Assembly: GCF_004010195.1 (NCBI RefSeq)
Contig: NC_057750.1
Location: 3,034,761 to 3,098,760, forward strand
Length of the DNA stretch: 64,000 nucleotides
Direction: 5' to 3'
Source of the DNA: Chiloscyllium plagiosum
Lineage: Eukaryota
This document shows positions 22,416-34,236 of this stretch, in pieces. Both the position numbers and the translations under genes were made by a program. Numbering within the stretch: the first letter of the stretch is position 1; every line of letters starts with the position of its first letter. A model generated the notes under the pieces. That model was not told the origin of the DNA. It was given only the letters and a program-made list of their open reading frames with translations, and ran no database searches.

Positions 22416-24519
22416 ACTAAGTTGCAAATTGATGCATGTAGGAAAATAAGGAAAACTGACAGTCCAGTTTTGTGGAGATATAAACAAATGGAAGTTGGAC
22501 TGCTAGGACTGTAAAACAAGGAAAGATTGATAACTCCACAATCAAGTGTTGCACATTGTTGAGCTGTACAATACAATGCTGCTTTTTGGAAACAGTAAGG
22601 AGTATTAAAGACCGAAAGGCATCCAGAATCTTCTGAGTTTAGGAAATTCGTCCCAGCAACAGCCCTCTGATAAGTTGAGCTGCAGAGTCTTAAAAATATC
22701 CAAGAGCAGCAAATATTCAGAGCCTGCATGTCCGAAAGTATCCATCTTTGTTGACAAAAAGTAGTCAGAAAACTCAAAAAAAAGACTGGACCCATACTCA
22801 CTTGATCAACCCTTGACAATGACCCTACAGTCATTGCAAAAATTGAAAAAGGACAAGGATAATAATTTTCAAATCTTGTGACGTGGGCTTGATCTTCAGA
22901 CATTTGTTTACCCTGTACATCCACAGAATGGGTTAAACTTGTTGGTCCTTGTGATTGTACGTTTGGGATTTTGAGGAAGTAGTTTCAGTTTCATAAATTA
23001 TAAATGCTTTCTCACTGCTCATGTTAATATTATAGAGGAATAGTTTATGTTACAGAAGGAACCTGGTGTGAATTGCTTTTGTCCCAAGTACCAGGTACAT
23101 TGATCATTTGTGATCATCTCATTGGGATCTTATACATTGTGATGGCTTGCCAATATCAGCACATACTTCCCAATTACACTGACATAGCAAACAAAGTGGT
23201 CAAAAGAAATTAACTTCTCTTTTGTCTTTATCAGCCTTGCACTTAATTCCACAAAATTAAGCTTTTAATGTTTCCTAAATTTTGGCTGGTTATCGTAGAT
23301 TAGAATTGGTGATCTCTGAACAACAATTCAGCTGGATAAGTATTTGAAAGCCAACCAACCGGTGGGATGGAAGTCCAAATATAATCAACTGGATGCAGCA
23401 ATATATTTTACTGGCTTTTAATAGTCCATGTAGGTATATTGTGTAATAATCAGAAACTTGGACTCTAGCCTTTGGGAGTTGCTGCACACCAGTAATGAAC
23501 TCATTTCCTCACTTCTGTATTTGAAAATAAGCCAATGCCACTGGAATCTTTATGGATATTAAATGAAAAGGCAATAAGCAGTAAAGCAAATCCAAGAATA
23601 TTAGTTGGCGTGACAAATCATTCACTTTTGGAATAAAACCATCTTTGCATTGTTGTACTTTGTAAGATTTAAGTTCAGAGTTAGCCTTTGCAACAGAGGA
23701 TGTAAATAAAATTGGATGAAAAGTTTCAGAGCTCATAAATAAGCTGAGATATATTCCCCTCCTCAAAATGCATAAGGTCTCTGATGTCACTGAAAGGTTC
23801 AAGTTTTCGGGGCTGAATGGCTTACTGCTGCTCCAGCGTTCAGCATATGCATGGCGATTGCATCTCAAAGCTCAGTAAGGCTATAAATTCAGAATATCAA
23901 TGATATGGATGTATGAGGTTTAAAAGAATTGCATTAAGAGTTCTTCAACAGACCTCTTAAAATAGAGGAATGCACCTAGTTATTACTGTTGGCAAATTAG
24001 TAACTGTGTTGGAACATTCCTCAGGTAGCAGTACCACTTAACATGCGCAAGTGTAATTTTTAAGCACCACAATTCTGCACCAGATATTCCATATATAATG
24101 AAAATGCTATTTTATGATAAGCCATGTCACATATGCAAAGAAGTCTGATTACTCAGATTGCTCACTCAAATTCCAAAATTCAACTGAACCAGCGGATAGG
24201 GTGGTGGTCCAGGAGCATGTTTATTAAGTGTGAAATTTCAAGTCTCATGCACATGCACACAGAAGAAACCAGTCAAAAAACTATGAGTTAATTTCAAAAT
24301 AAAAGAAAAAAGTCCAGCACCTTTTCTTTCTCAAAAATATTGATGATTTATTTCATCTAATAGGGTTAAGGTAGCAGAGAGCAATTGAAAACACCCTTAG
24401 ATCAAAATGTAGAAAGGCAGCCCTCACTGATCACATTTCAAAAACATGGTAATATAGGCTAATAACAGCAAGGGACAGAACATGTTCAGAGAAACTCCTC
24501 ACCAATATTCCAGAAAATC

Positions 24520-26531
24520 TCATTTGTCCATTGCAATGTTCAATTTATTTCTTCTTAAAATCAAGCAGTAATTACAGTCCATGGAAGTGTTTCAGATGAT
24601 ATATATTTATATACTGTATAATAAAGTCCCATGTTAATGAAATAGAAAAAGCCCTCCATCACCACCCAAAAAAAATACTGCAGCTATTACTCTAACTCAA
24701 GGCCAGCCTGTGTCTCACAGCAATAATTCAAATATGGAGTAGATCCCAAAAGCAAGGAGAATCAAAAATAATTAAAACAAAACCCACAACAGCACCCGTT
24801 TTTTTTTCTCAACTAGGGACTTGTTTCTGCAAGAAAAGTACCTTCACAGAAAAAAGCCCAGCTTTGTTTTTTTTTTAAAAAGGCAGTCTTCTCATTCAAA
24901 TTAAAGGTCACTGCAGTATGTACAAGAAAAAAAAAGATTAAATATGAAGAGATAAATATCTTTTCTCTACCTCAAATAAAACGTGCTATTTTGCGCTCAA
25001 CTGAACCGTCAAAATGATGTATACGGTGGTGGTGGTGATGGAAGGGGAAGTGAATCTGATGAAAAATTTCAACCTTGTCAGGTGACCAATGTGCAGGAAT
25101 GCAAGTGGAACTGATTGTTCATCATACACTTTAGTTAATGCTTCAAATATTTAAGTTTTTCTTTAGAACTGCATGATTTAAAATTTAAGATGCACAACTG
25201 GAATACCACAAGTTCATTTTAAACCCTTCTGATTCTTTAACAGCCAACTCACTGTTTTGCATTTGGTAAGTATAGCATGCCCCATTTCAGATTCCAAACT
25301 CAGTCATAACTTGGAGGTGAGCATGATTTTTGTTCACTGCAGATAATGTGGCTCTGGAGAAAGAATACTTAGATTCAGCTGGATTTGTGCAATTTTATAT
25401 CCATCACCCTTGCTATTTCATGATTAATTCCAGTACCAATGATTTTGGTCCCACCTCAAATTTTGGTTATGCTTTAACACTGTCTCATCTTTTCTCCGAC
25501 CTCACTGCACAACAACAACTAAAGTCAAACTTAATTTTAATAAGCTATATCTCATCATAAACAACTGACAATTATATTGAGGCAGCAATTCATCCTTGAG
25601 GGTTCTGGTGACCCTCAAACCAATTTGGCGTCATGGTTTATTGAAATGCCATCAGAAGCTTGTGACAAATTACAGTTTTCAAATCCACCACCAGCCTTCC
25701 ATTTTTATTTTTAAAAAATGGATCAAAAGTTGCCTCTTCAGTTAGTGCCTTCCAACCCACCCAAACATTTGTTTTCTGAAGGCTTAACTCAGATTTTGTA
25801 CAGTGAGTGCAGTGCAGAATATTTGGGACACCGAATGAGAAAACAATTGCAATCTGGATCAGTAATGATTTTCAGTGAAAACATTGAGGTAACCCAAACT
25901 CCTGCAAACAAATTATCAGCTGGGGATCAAGCACTGAAAAGCTCAGCACTGTAATGATAAAATACATTTGTGCTATTCATACATGGCCTGTCTGGTGCAA
26001 ATTAATATTTATCTACCAGCTGCAAATAAAAATTTAATTGAAGCAGCTCAACTTTATCACACTTCTAGATTTTATGGGGAGAAACACGGGAGTGAAAACA
26101 GGAATACTAAATATTTATAGTAAAAAAATATTTAGTTTTACAATATCAAGTACAGTTGGAAAAATACAAAGGAGCCAGATTCCTATGGAATTTTCAGAAT
26201 TTAAAAATCAAACCTCCAAAATTCCCAGACTGATTGACAGTTCCTGTGGCACTCAGTTGATATGCTCCAAATTGTTGTAACAGTTTGCAAAACATGTTTG
26301 CAGTATTACTACCCCAATATAGAAACAGAAAATGGAAATATTTGCATAGATTGAAGACTGAGAGTCATAATAAGACATAATGGAATGTAGAGTATAAAGG
26401 TTCTTCAGTAAATGCATGTGCTAATTCCAAAATGCTGTTTATAGCACTGACTTTAGGTGGCAGGGGAGAGAGCGCGCGTGCGAAAAAGGGGGAATAAAAT
26501 AAAAGTGTGGGCTGGCTGCAGAAAGATCAGA
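24520..26531 (-). other. probable 3' UTR of ACTN4 (~2 kb), candidate AATAAA at 24544-24549
   Basis: Transposon-poor, AU-rich sequence after the stop codon. Several other AATAAA hexamers exist on the minus strand, so the true end is uncertain. Confidence 0.45.
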
Positions 26532-26711
<180 letters not shown>

Positions 26712-27289
26712 TTATCAATACCCATTAGGTGTTTCTGACATCCTAAGCAAGGGAAAAATGTTTCGACATATCCTGCTGAGATTAGGGCACCATTATTGCT
26801 TAAGTTAAACATGTTGAAGATATGATCAAAGCCACGTTGCTTATTCTGGGTTTGTGATCTGCATTCTAAACATGTTAATTTTAGAACAGATTAGTTTATT
26901 AAAGACTTTACAGAATACATTAAAAGATTCATCCAATTAGTAAGGATTGGAGGCATATATAGGCCAGATAAGCTTTTATCTGGATTTTAATTATGCTCAT
27001 TTTCGTCCTGGGTGCCAGCCCACAAATGACCAGGTTTATTAATTCAAATATAACACTTAGTGTGGTGGAATTTGAACTGTACCTGTGTGTTACTGGTCCA
27101 GTACCGTGGCCATGTAGCTTAGTAGGCAATTATAAACTATAACATTAACTAGGGACAGCTTTTTGAAGTAATAATTGAGAGAATCCAACAGCTATATTTT
27201 GGTGTTTAAAAAAATTAAGCATTCCCAACCCAGATGCTCAGTTGCTGAATTGATCACTTCATACCAATTAAAATGAAAACAATTTTGGT

Positions 27290-27740
27290 AGATCATTGAA
27301 TACATAATACGGAAGGCAACCAGGCAGTCAGCAGCTGTTTGGCAGAACTATCCAATTAATCCTATTCTTCAGTAGTCCTGCATACTTCTGACTTTAGCTG
27401 TTCACCAAGTTCCCACTTAAAGTTAACACTGTCTGCCTCCAAAACCCTCAGGCAGCATGTTCCAGGTAATAATTCAAAAACTTTCCTTTACTGTTACCAA
27501 CTACCTTAAATCTCTGCTTTTTAGCTCTTGGTCCTTCACTGAAAACTCAATTCTATCAAAACACTGATCAAATCTCCTCCTAGTCTGCTCTGCTCCAGGG
27601 ATAAGAATCTCAACTTCTCCAATCTTTTGGTACAATTGAGGTCCTTCATTCTCAAGGTCATTCTTCTCTTACACTCCTAGACAGTGGCATCCTTCTTGAA
27701 CTGTGGCATTTAGAATTGAATAATATCCCAGTTGAGGCCT
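27290..27740 (-). mobile_element. old CR1 fragment in ACTN4 intron 20
   Basis: Decayed reverse CR1 3' sequence. Confidence 0.55.
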
Positions 27741-30596
27741 TAACTTCCCCCCCTCCCCCCACATAAACCAAGAAATAATTTCCAATATAACCACGCTGAA
27801 GCTCCAGATCAGAATGGATGAGACACTCAAATTTGGACAGTTGAGAGAGAAAAGTCATTTATTTTGCAAAACAATGTTCAGTCCTTAAAATGCCCAACCT
27901 GCTGATGAACAATAAATAATGCATTAAGAAAGAAAGCCCAATCAATAGATTGAGATTGATCTGCTCCTAAAAAAACTACAGCACCTAATATTATGGAGCC
28001 AATAGCAGTAGTGGTAGGAAACCACTTAAGACTGCTTCCTGTAAGACAACATTGAACTAGAGCTTTACTAGTCTTCTGGAAAATATATAACCATTCACAG
28101 AAGTTCGGGAAAAAGGAATAAGCCTTCAGGTATTACAAGTTATGACTTAGAGGTGCCAGTATTGGATTGGGGTGGACAAAGTTAAAAATCACACTAGGTT
28201 ATAGGCTGGTGTTGTGATTTTTAGATATAATAAGGACTGCAATAACTAAAATGAAAACTTGAACGTTCATTTAATTGTCTTTGAAGTTGCATGGTTCATT
28301 CTGCCAATTAGTTCACATGAATAAAGATTTTCATATACTCAGAATGAATAAAAGTTGCATTTTTGCCATATGCTGCATTGTTTTTTCATGTTCACCCAGC
28401 AGATCTTGAAGGGACAATATTGGCAAATAGCAGTGGAAACCAGGTGAGTAAAGTAACTTAGTTAGGTTGGTAAAGATTTTGACTGGATCATGCAAGGCCT
28501 GAGCTTCAAGCGGAATTCTGTGAGCGACATGCTGCGTGCTCCTATGGGCCACATTAGCATTTAGATTTCCTGGCTACACCGGCTTTGAGAAACATGGCAT
28601 CATACTTCCTAGAGCCCATCAGGGCAAGTATAACTGACCTGCATTCTCCTTTTCACAACATAACAAAGCTTGATCACTTCTGCTGTGGACATTACCTGAA
28701 CTTAAAAAAATCATCTTTTTGGTGGCACTTAAAGCTAAAATTACAGTCTACCGTGTGATTAAGAATAAATTACTAGTTGATTGCAGTGTAGTGTTGAAAT
28801 CACATGTAAGCCAGACGAGGCAAGAGCCTTCTCAATGGAAATCGAGAAACCTGTTGTGTTTTTTCAACAATGCAGAAGGTCTTTACCAATCTCTTTGGCA
28901 TCAGTTCAATACTTAAGAGATTTTGGGATTTAACCCACAGGGTGGAGAAAAGACATGCTGTCAAAGCTTTTTAAATATACACTCGACAGTATTATAAATA
29001 TACAGAATCATTAAATGAACGCTAACCTACAGAGTATGGATACCTGATATTCTTGGGACTCTAACCTGATGGGTGCAAAACAAACTTTAAACAGCATTTT
29101 CTTTTCAGCAATACTGAAGTCTTGAACTGCCAAGCAAATGTACGAATTCAATTTTGACATCGTTATTGTGTTGACTTGTTTTGAACTCTGCTTTTTGGAA
29201 TCTATACTATAATAACTAAAGTGGTGGTAAATATCAGGGCAAATTAAACAAAAATTGAGACTAGGGTGCCTCGAATCCTAGATAATTCTGTTTTTGAACT
29301 TTGCTTCGCAACCTGATTTTGTAGATCCGAAAGGAAATTAAATGCAAATTTAATACAGATTATTTCTACTCTAAAAATAAATGGAGCTTTGAACCAACTA
29401 TGCAATGCAGGTAGTTTTACTTGATTGGTAAAGGAGTAAATTTAAAATTACACTTTAGTTTCAAGACTTCTATTAAATAAAAATCTTTAACAGGCTCACT
29501 GTCTCTCCCATGCTTCGACTAGCTTCCTTTTGACTAATCAGTAATGAGGTATTTATAATATTTGGGCAAGTCAAGGTCCAACATTAAAATACTCAGTTAT
29601 TTTGTCAGAATAAGAGTGCAGATGGATGGCTATGCCAAGGCGCAGAGTGAATTATTTAGATATTCATGCAAAATTAAAACAGGATTTAATCTGAATATTG
29701 TGCATCCATTTATGCAGATCCAAAAGCAGCCATTTACATTTAAACTTTCAGACTATACAATTAGTTAAATATGCCATAATAGTTAACTTTCAGACTACAG
29801 AATTAGTCTAAGAGCTTAATTTGTTTTCCTTGCCAGAGACGTTAGAAGTATTTCAATTAAATTTCAGTGCTTGCCATCCTCTATACTTCAACCAAATGAC
29901 CAACTTTCCAGAGGAAAAAAAAAATGTTAACATGAATCTTACCAAGGCAAAAAGAATTCATACATGAGCATGTCCATTTACATTGTGGGATAAAGACGGA
30001 GAAGCTTAGCCAACCATCCAATCCTCAACACTAGGTTGCCAAGACCAGATGTAACATTTGTATAACCACCAACTCAGCTAAGATCACTGAACACAGATCT
30101 TGCGTGGTACTTATGCAGGATCTAATCATTTGATTGGAATAGGTTTTGTTTGAGCCAATGGATAAATAAAACATTTACTTGACACCACCAGGACAGGCTC
30201 AGACATGTCTTATGAATGCCTTTAACCAGACACAAAAGGCCTTTACTCCACTTGCAGATTGCATCTGGTTTCTAAAGCAACAGCTATAAATTATCACTGC
30301 AATGATTCATTGAAATGGAGACTAGCTGGAATTGTGCAAAAGATTAGGGTGGTGCTTTAAAGATCCTGAGAGGAACTTGAAAATTGCCTGTGCTGTTGCT
30401 TGTTACTTTCAGACTACCTTTGTATAGTCACTTTACTCGTGACAGTTTCAAGTCAAAAGCTGCAGAAAGCAGCAATACAATATCAGGGAGTGCTGAACAA
30501 ATTTCAGGTCAAGAGATTCAACTGACTTACAAACAGAATTATGTTCTGGATCAAAGTTGTGCATCTTATAGTCATTCTGCAAGACTAATTTATTAC

Positions 30597-30755
30597 CTTG
30601 TCTCCTGCCAGAATCTTGAAGGAGGCCATTACTTGTTCAGCTGTGTCAGTGTCTGTTGTCTCACGTGACATGAAGTCAATAAAGGCTTGGAATGACACTT
30701 CTTCAGTGTTGTTGGGGGCAACAATACTCATTATTCGTGCAAACTCTGCTTCACC
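30597..30755 (-). CDS. ACTN4: alpha-actinin-4 exon 20 (EF2-EF3)
   Basis: 159 nt, ctcag|...|gtaat; [53 protein letters not shown]. Confidence 0.95.
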
Positions 30756-30896
30756 CTGAGAGTAAAAACAAACTCATGACAGTGAGGAACTGACCAGAGT
30801 TAACACACCTGCTTGTTAATAAATAATCATTTTCTTTGTGACCATGTAGGATGGGTAACCTGTATCACCTATGATTACAAATTATTATGTTTGAAA

Positions 30897-31350
30897 ACAA
30901 TTTACAAGGATGTTGCCAGGATTAGAGAGTTTGAGCTGTAGGGAGAGGCTGAATAGGCTGGGGTTATTTTCTCTGCAGGCTATGGGGTGACTTTATAGAG
31001 GTTTATAAAATTATGAGGGACATGAATAGGGAGAATAGTCAAAGTCTTTTCCCCAGGATAGGGGAGTCCAAAAACCCAGCGCACAGATTTAAGGTGAGGG
31101 GGGACCTGGGGGCAACTTTTTCATGCAGAGGTTAGTTCATGTGTGGAATGAGCTGCCAGAGGAAGTGGTGGAAGTTGGTCCAATTACAACACTTTAAAAG
31201 GCATCTGGAAGGGTACATGAATAGGAAGGGTTTGGAGGGATATGGACCAAATGCTGGTAAATGGGACCAGATTAATTTGGGATATCTGGTCAGCATGGAC
31301 GAGTTGGACTGAAAGGTCTGTTTCCATGCTGTACATCAATGACTCGATGA
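30897..31350 (+). mobile_element. CR1 LINE 3' fragment in ACTN4 intron 19
   Basis: Homologous to 1975-2417 and 11277-11612. Confidence 0.88.
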
Positions 31351-32770
31351 CAGAATCAAGACAGAAAGATACAACAATAAACTAGTCTATAATTTATTCT
31401 ATGTCCTTTCACTTCAGAACCCGCACCTCAAATGTAGGTCAAAGGTTATTCCAAGGGGGTTCTAAATGATTCCGGCTGATCAAGTGTGCAACTGCAAGCA
31501 TGTTCCTTTCCATTTGACGTAGGAAGTTCCAAGCTTGCAGTTCACTTTGACTGGAGGTTATCCCAGGAGCTATGGAAAGCAGACAATCCTAGATCAGGTA
31601 TTGGTCTGTCAAGTGGCAAGCGTGCTCTTTCTCCCCCCAAAAGTTACCTTCAGCTAAAGGGTCAGTCTATTAATGCAAAATCTCAGGTCACACTATACTA
31701 GGAGTTTAGGGTAACTTTGAATGTTCCTCCCAAAATATCCAGGCTGCAACTTCAGATCATAAACTGCCCTCAACAAGCAATTTTCAACAAGGGACATCTG
31801 CAAGCAGAAATGCTGGAACCCCTCAGTCCCTGGGTCTGGAAAGACAGCAGTGAATTATTCGGCTTCAAAATCCACCCTTGCTGAAGACAGTCATCTGAGC
31901 AGAGATTGGACATTCATGTTGGTGCATCTCTAGCCCACAAATCTTGAGATCAGCATACTCACTCCCTTCTCAGTCACTAGAGAACCCATATTTTCCAACT
32001 TTCCTTTTACTCTTCACTTCAAAAGGTTTAAATAGAAAATTTTTAAAATAAAAATTCAAACTCAAGGATAGACTCAGGATGTCTCACTTTATCCTGTCCA
32101 GTGATCTCCTCTGCTGTCCACACTCCCAACCACCCCTGCAACCTCAATATTATCACCAGCTGCAAAAAGCAACAGAAACCTCTAGCACAGAAACTACTGG
32201 AATGCCCAGAAACCTTTCATAGTGAAATCTAGCTTTTTTTGTTTGAAGGCGGAGGAGTTTCAGACACTGCTTGGAAAATGACCTCAGAATTATTCAAACT
32301 CAAAAATTCAAGGACTGTTCTTACACAAAGTACTGGCTGGGTTTTCAGACTGTTCATGCATCAGCCTCAAATCATTTTAATGGAGGAAACAGAATTGGTT
32401 GCTAAAGGCAGAAACAGAAAACCTCAACAATATCATATGCCTGTCTAAACAGCTCACGTGAACAAAATCAGGAAACTGAAAAAAGTATTGCAATTAGTGA
32501 GAAATCATTTTATATAAAAAAAAGTGTCATATTTCCTAGTGACTGCCATTGGTTTCTTGGGTAATACAGTTTTTCCCGCTCACTTAAAAATTGACAAATT
32601 AATACTCAATACCTGTCAACACAAAGGTCAAGTCAACATAATGGCTTTGTAAATTAAACTTCGATAAAAGCAGGCTTTATTTACATTAAAATTAAATTTA
32701 TTAAATTTTAATAAGGTCAAACCCCTAGTATTTCTGGCTGAAGATATGGAAAAGGAAAGAAGAACCGTAC

Positions 32771-32836
32771 CAGACTGTAGCCCGTAGAGATAAGGAGAGC
32801 TCGAAAATCATCAGCGTCCATCAGCCCCGTTCGCTT
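32771..32836 (-). CDS. ACTN4: alpha-actinin-4 exon 19b (SM-type, Ca2+-insensitive EF1 exon)
   Basis: 66 nt, gagtag|...|gtacgg; KRTGLMDADDFRALLISTGYSL; ALLISTGYSL matches ACTN4 19b rather than ACTN1 (ACLISMGYNM) as recalled. Confidence 0.92.
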
Positions 32837-33073
32837 CTACTCCAAGAGAAGCAAGCCAGAGAAAAAACACGCACACAGATGGCATTGTGCCACAAACAGG
32901 GGAGTTTAAAAAAAAAGACAAGTACAGAATCAAATTCAAAGATGGGAGTAAGCAAAAAGAAAAAAAGTAACATTAGGGAATAAGTGAATAAGTCAGGACA
33001 CAGAATCCAGGAGAGAAATGGAGAAAAAAAGTTAGCTATTTACTGACTTTTATTGCATTCAAATCATCAATAC

Positions 33074-33154
33074 CTGCTGGTCATTTCCAACATCGTAACC
33101 CAAGCTGATAAGGCAGGCTTTAAATTCTTCAGGTCCTAGTTTCCCGGTATGGTC
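33074..33154 (-). CDS. ACTN4: alpha-actinin-4 exon 19a (non-muscle, Ca2+-sensitive EF1 exon)
   Basis: 81 nt, tgtag|...|gtatt; [27 protein letters not shown]. Confidence 0.94.
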
Positions 33155-33338
33155 CTACATGAGGTCATCGGAGCATGCAGGTAAAATGACGGGTACACAC
33201 ACACAGTGGAGATTGGTAGGGGGTGGAAAACACGGAGGATGGCGGCGTTGATATAGTTGGTGATGCAGCACAGCATGCACAGTACATGAAGCATGCATAT
33301 GGGGAGAAGGAAAATAAAAATGTCATGTTAGACAAAGG

Positions 33339-33629
33339 ACAAGTGAAAAACAGTTAAACCAAAAAGGAAAATGCAAATGAAACTTACGAATCTCAAACAT
33401 CTTTTAGCTACAAAATACCATACAAAAATATTATCTAATGGATTGCAGCTATTTGTGATTAGAACTAAATTTTCAGCAGCACAGTTTCTGAAATGTGGCT
33501 TTTAATATTTCTATTGTCCAATGTTTTTTGGGTACAAGTGAAAAACAGTTAAACCAAAAAGCAAAATGCAAATGAAACTTATGAATCTCAAACATCTTTT
33601 AGCTACAAAATACCATACAAAAATATTAT
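33339..33629 (+). repeat. 96-bp direct duplication (33339-33434 / 33534-33629)
   Basis: Two mismatches between copies; separated by an inverted segment. Confidence 0.92.
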
Positions 33630-34236
33630 ATTATATTATGAGCAATTGATAAATGCAGCTTTATGCACCCTAAGATTTACACCATTTTGAAATTTCATGC
33701 AAAATATTTCAGTATTGCTAGGTACAATGTTTTGTGCTTCACAACTGCAGCTAGCATGATGCAGTCAGGCACTAATGGCCACATTGCAATTGGGCTCAGT
33801 CTTTTATCCCCTCAGAACAAGAGTGGGTTACTTATCCAATCAGACTTTTCTGGTCTGAGATCTCAAGGTAAAAAGGCACCTCAAACACATCGAGATTGTA
33901 TTAAGTTAGCAAGAATTCAATTTTAATTTTTTTTTCCAAATACTTAAGTGAACAGAGCTGCAAGTACAATTCTATCATTGCAGCTTCACAGTAAATGACA
34001 ACAATTCTGTTTTTCACCAAAAGATTAACATGCTAAGGGAATCATAGACAATAGGTAGAATGGTTATTTCTGTGGTGCAAATGCAAGGACATTTTTAGAA
34101 GTACTAAATATCATGAAGTCTCAAATAGATGAAAACCCAAAAAACATTGGACAATAGAAATATTAAAAGCCACATTTCAGAAACTGTGCTGCTGAAAATT
34201 TAGTTCTAATCACAAATAGCTGCAATCCATTAGATA
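33432..34236. repeat. perfect 102-bp inverted repeat (33432-33533 / 34135-34236)
   Basis: Base-by-base reverse-complement identity. Confidence 0.92.

Noticed and set aside
22397..22924. 175-aa minus-strand ORF in unique sequence
   Set aside because: No recognisable homology or clear splice support, and it runs into a CR1 tail; cannot be supported without a search.
29743..29812. Short local duplication AACTTTCAGACTA...ATTAGT
   Set aside because: Two diverged ~25-nt copies in an AT-rich intron; ordinary slippage.
32837..32842. GAGTAG tandem acceptor at exon 19b
   Set aside because: Use of the upstream GAG is disfavoured and would add an in-frame TAG; the TAG acceptor gives the expected 66-nt exon.
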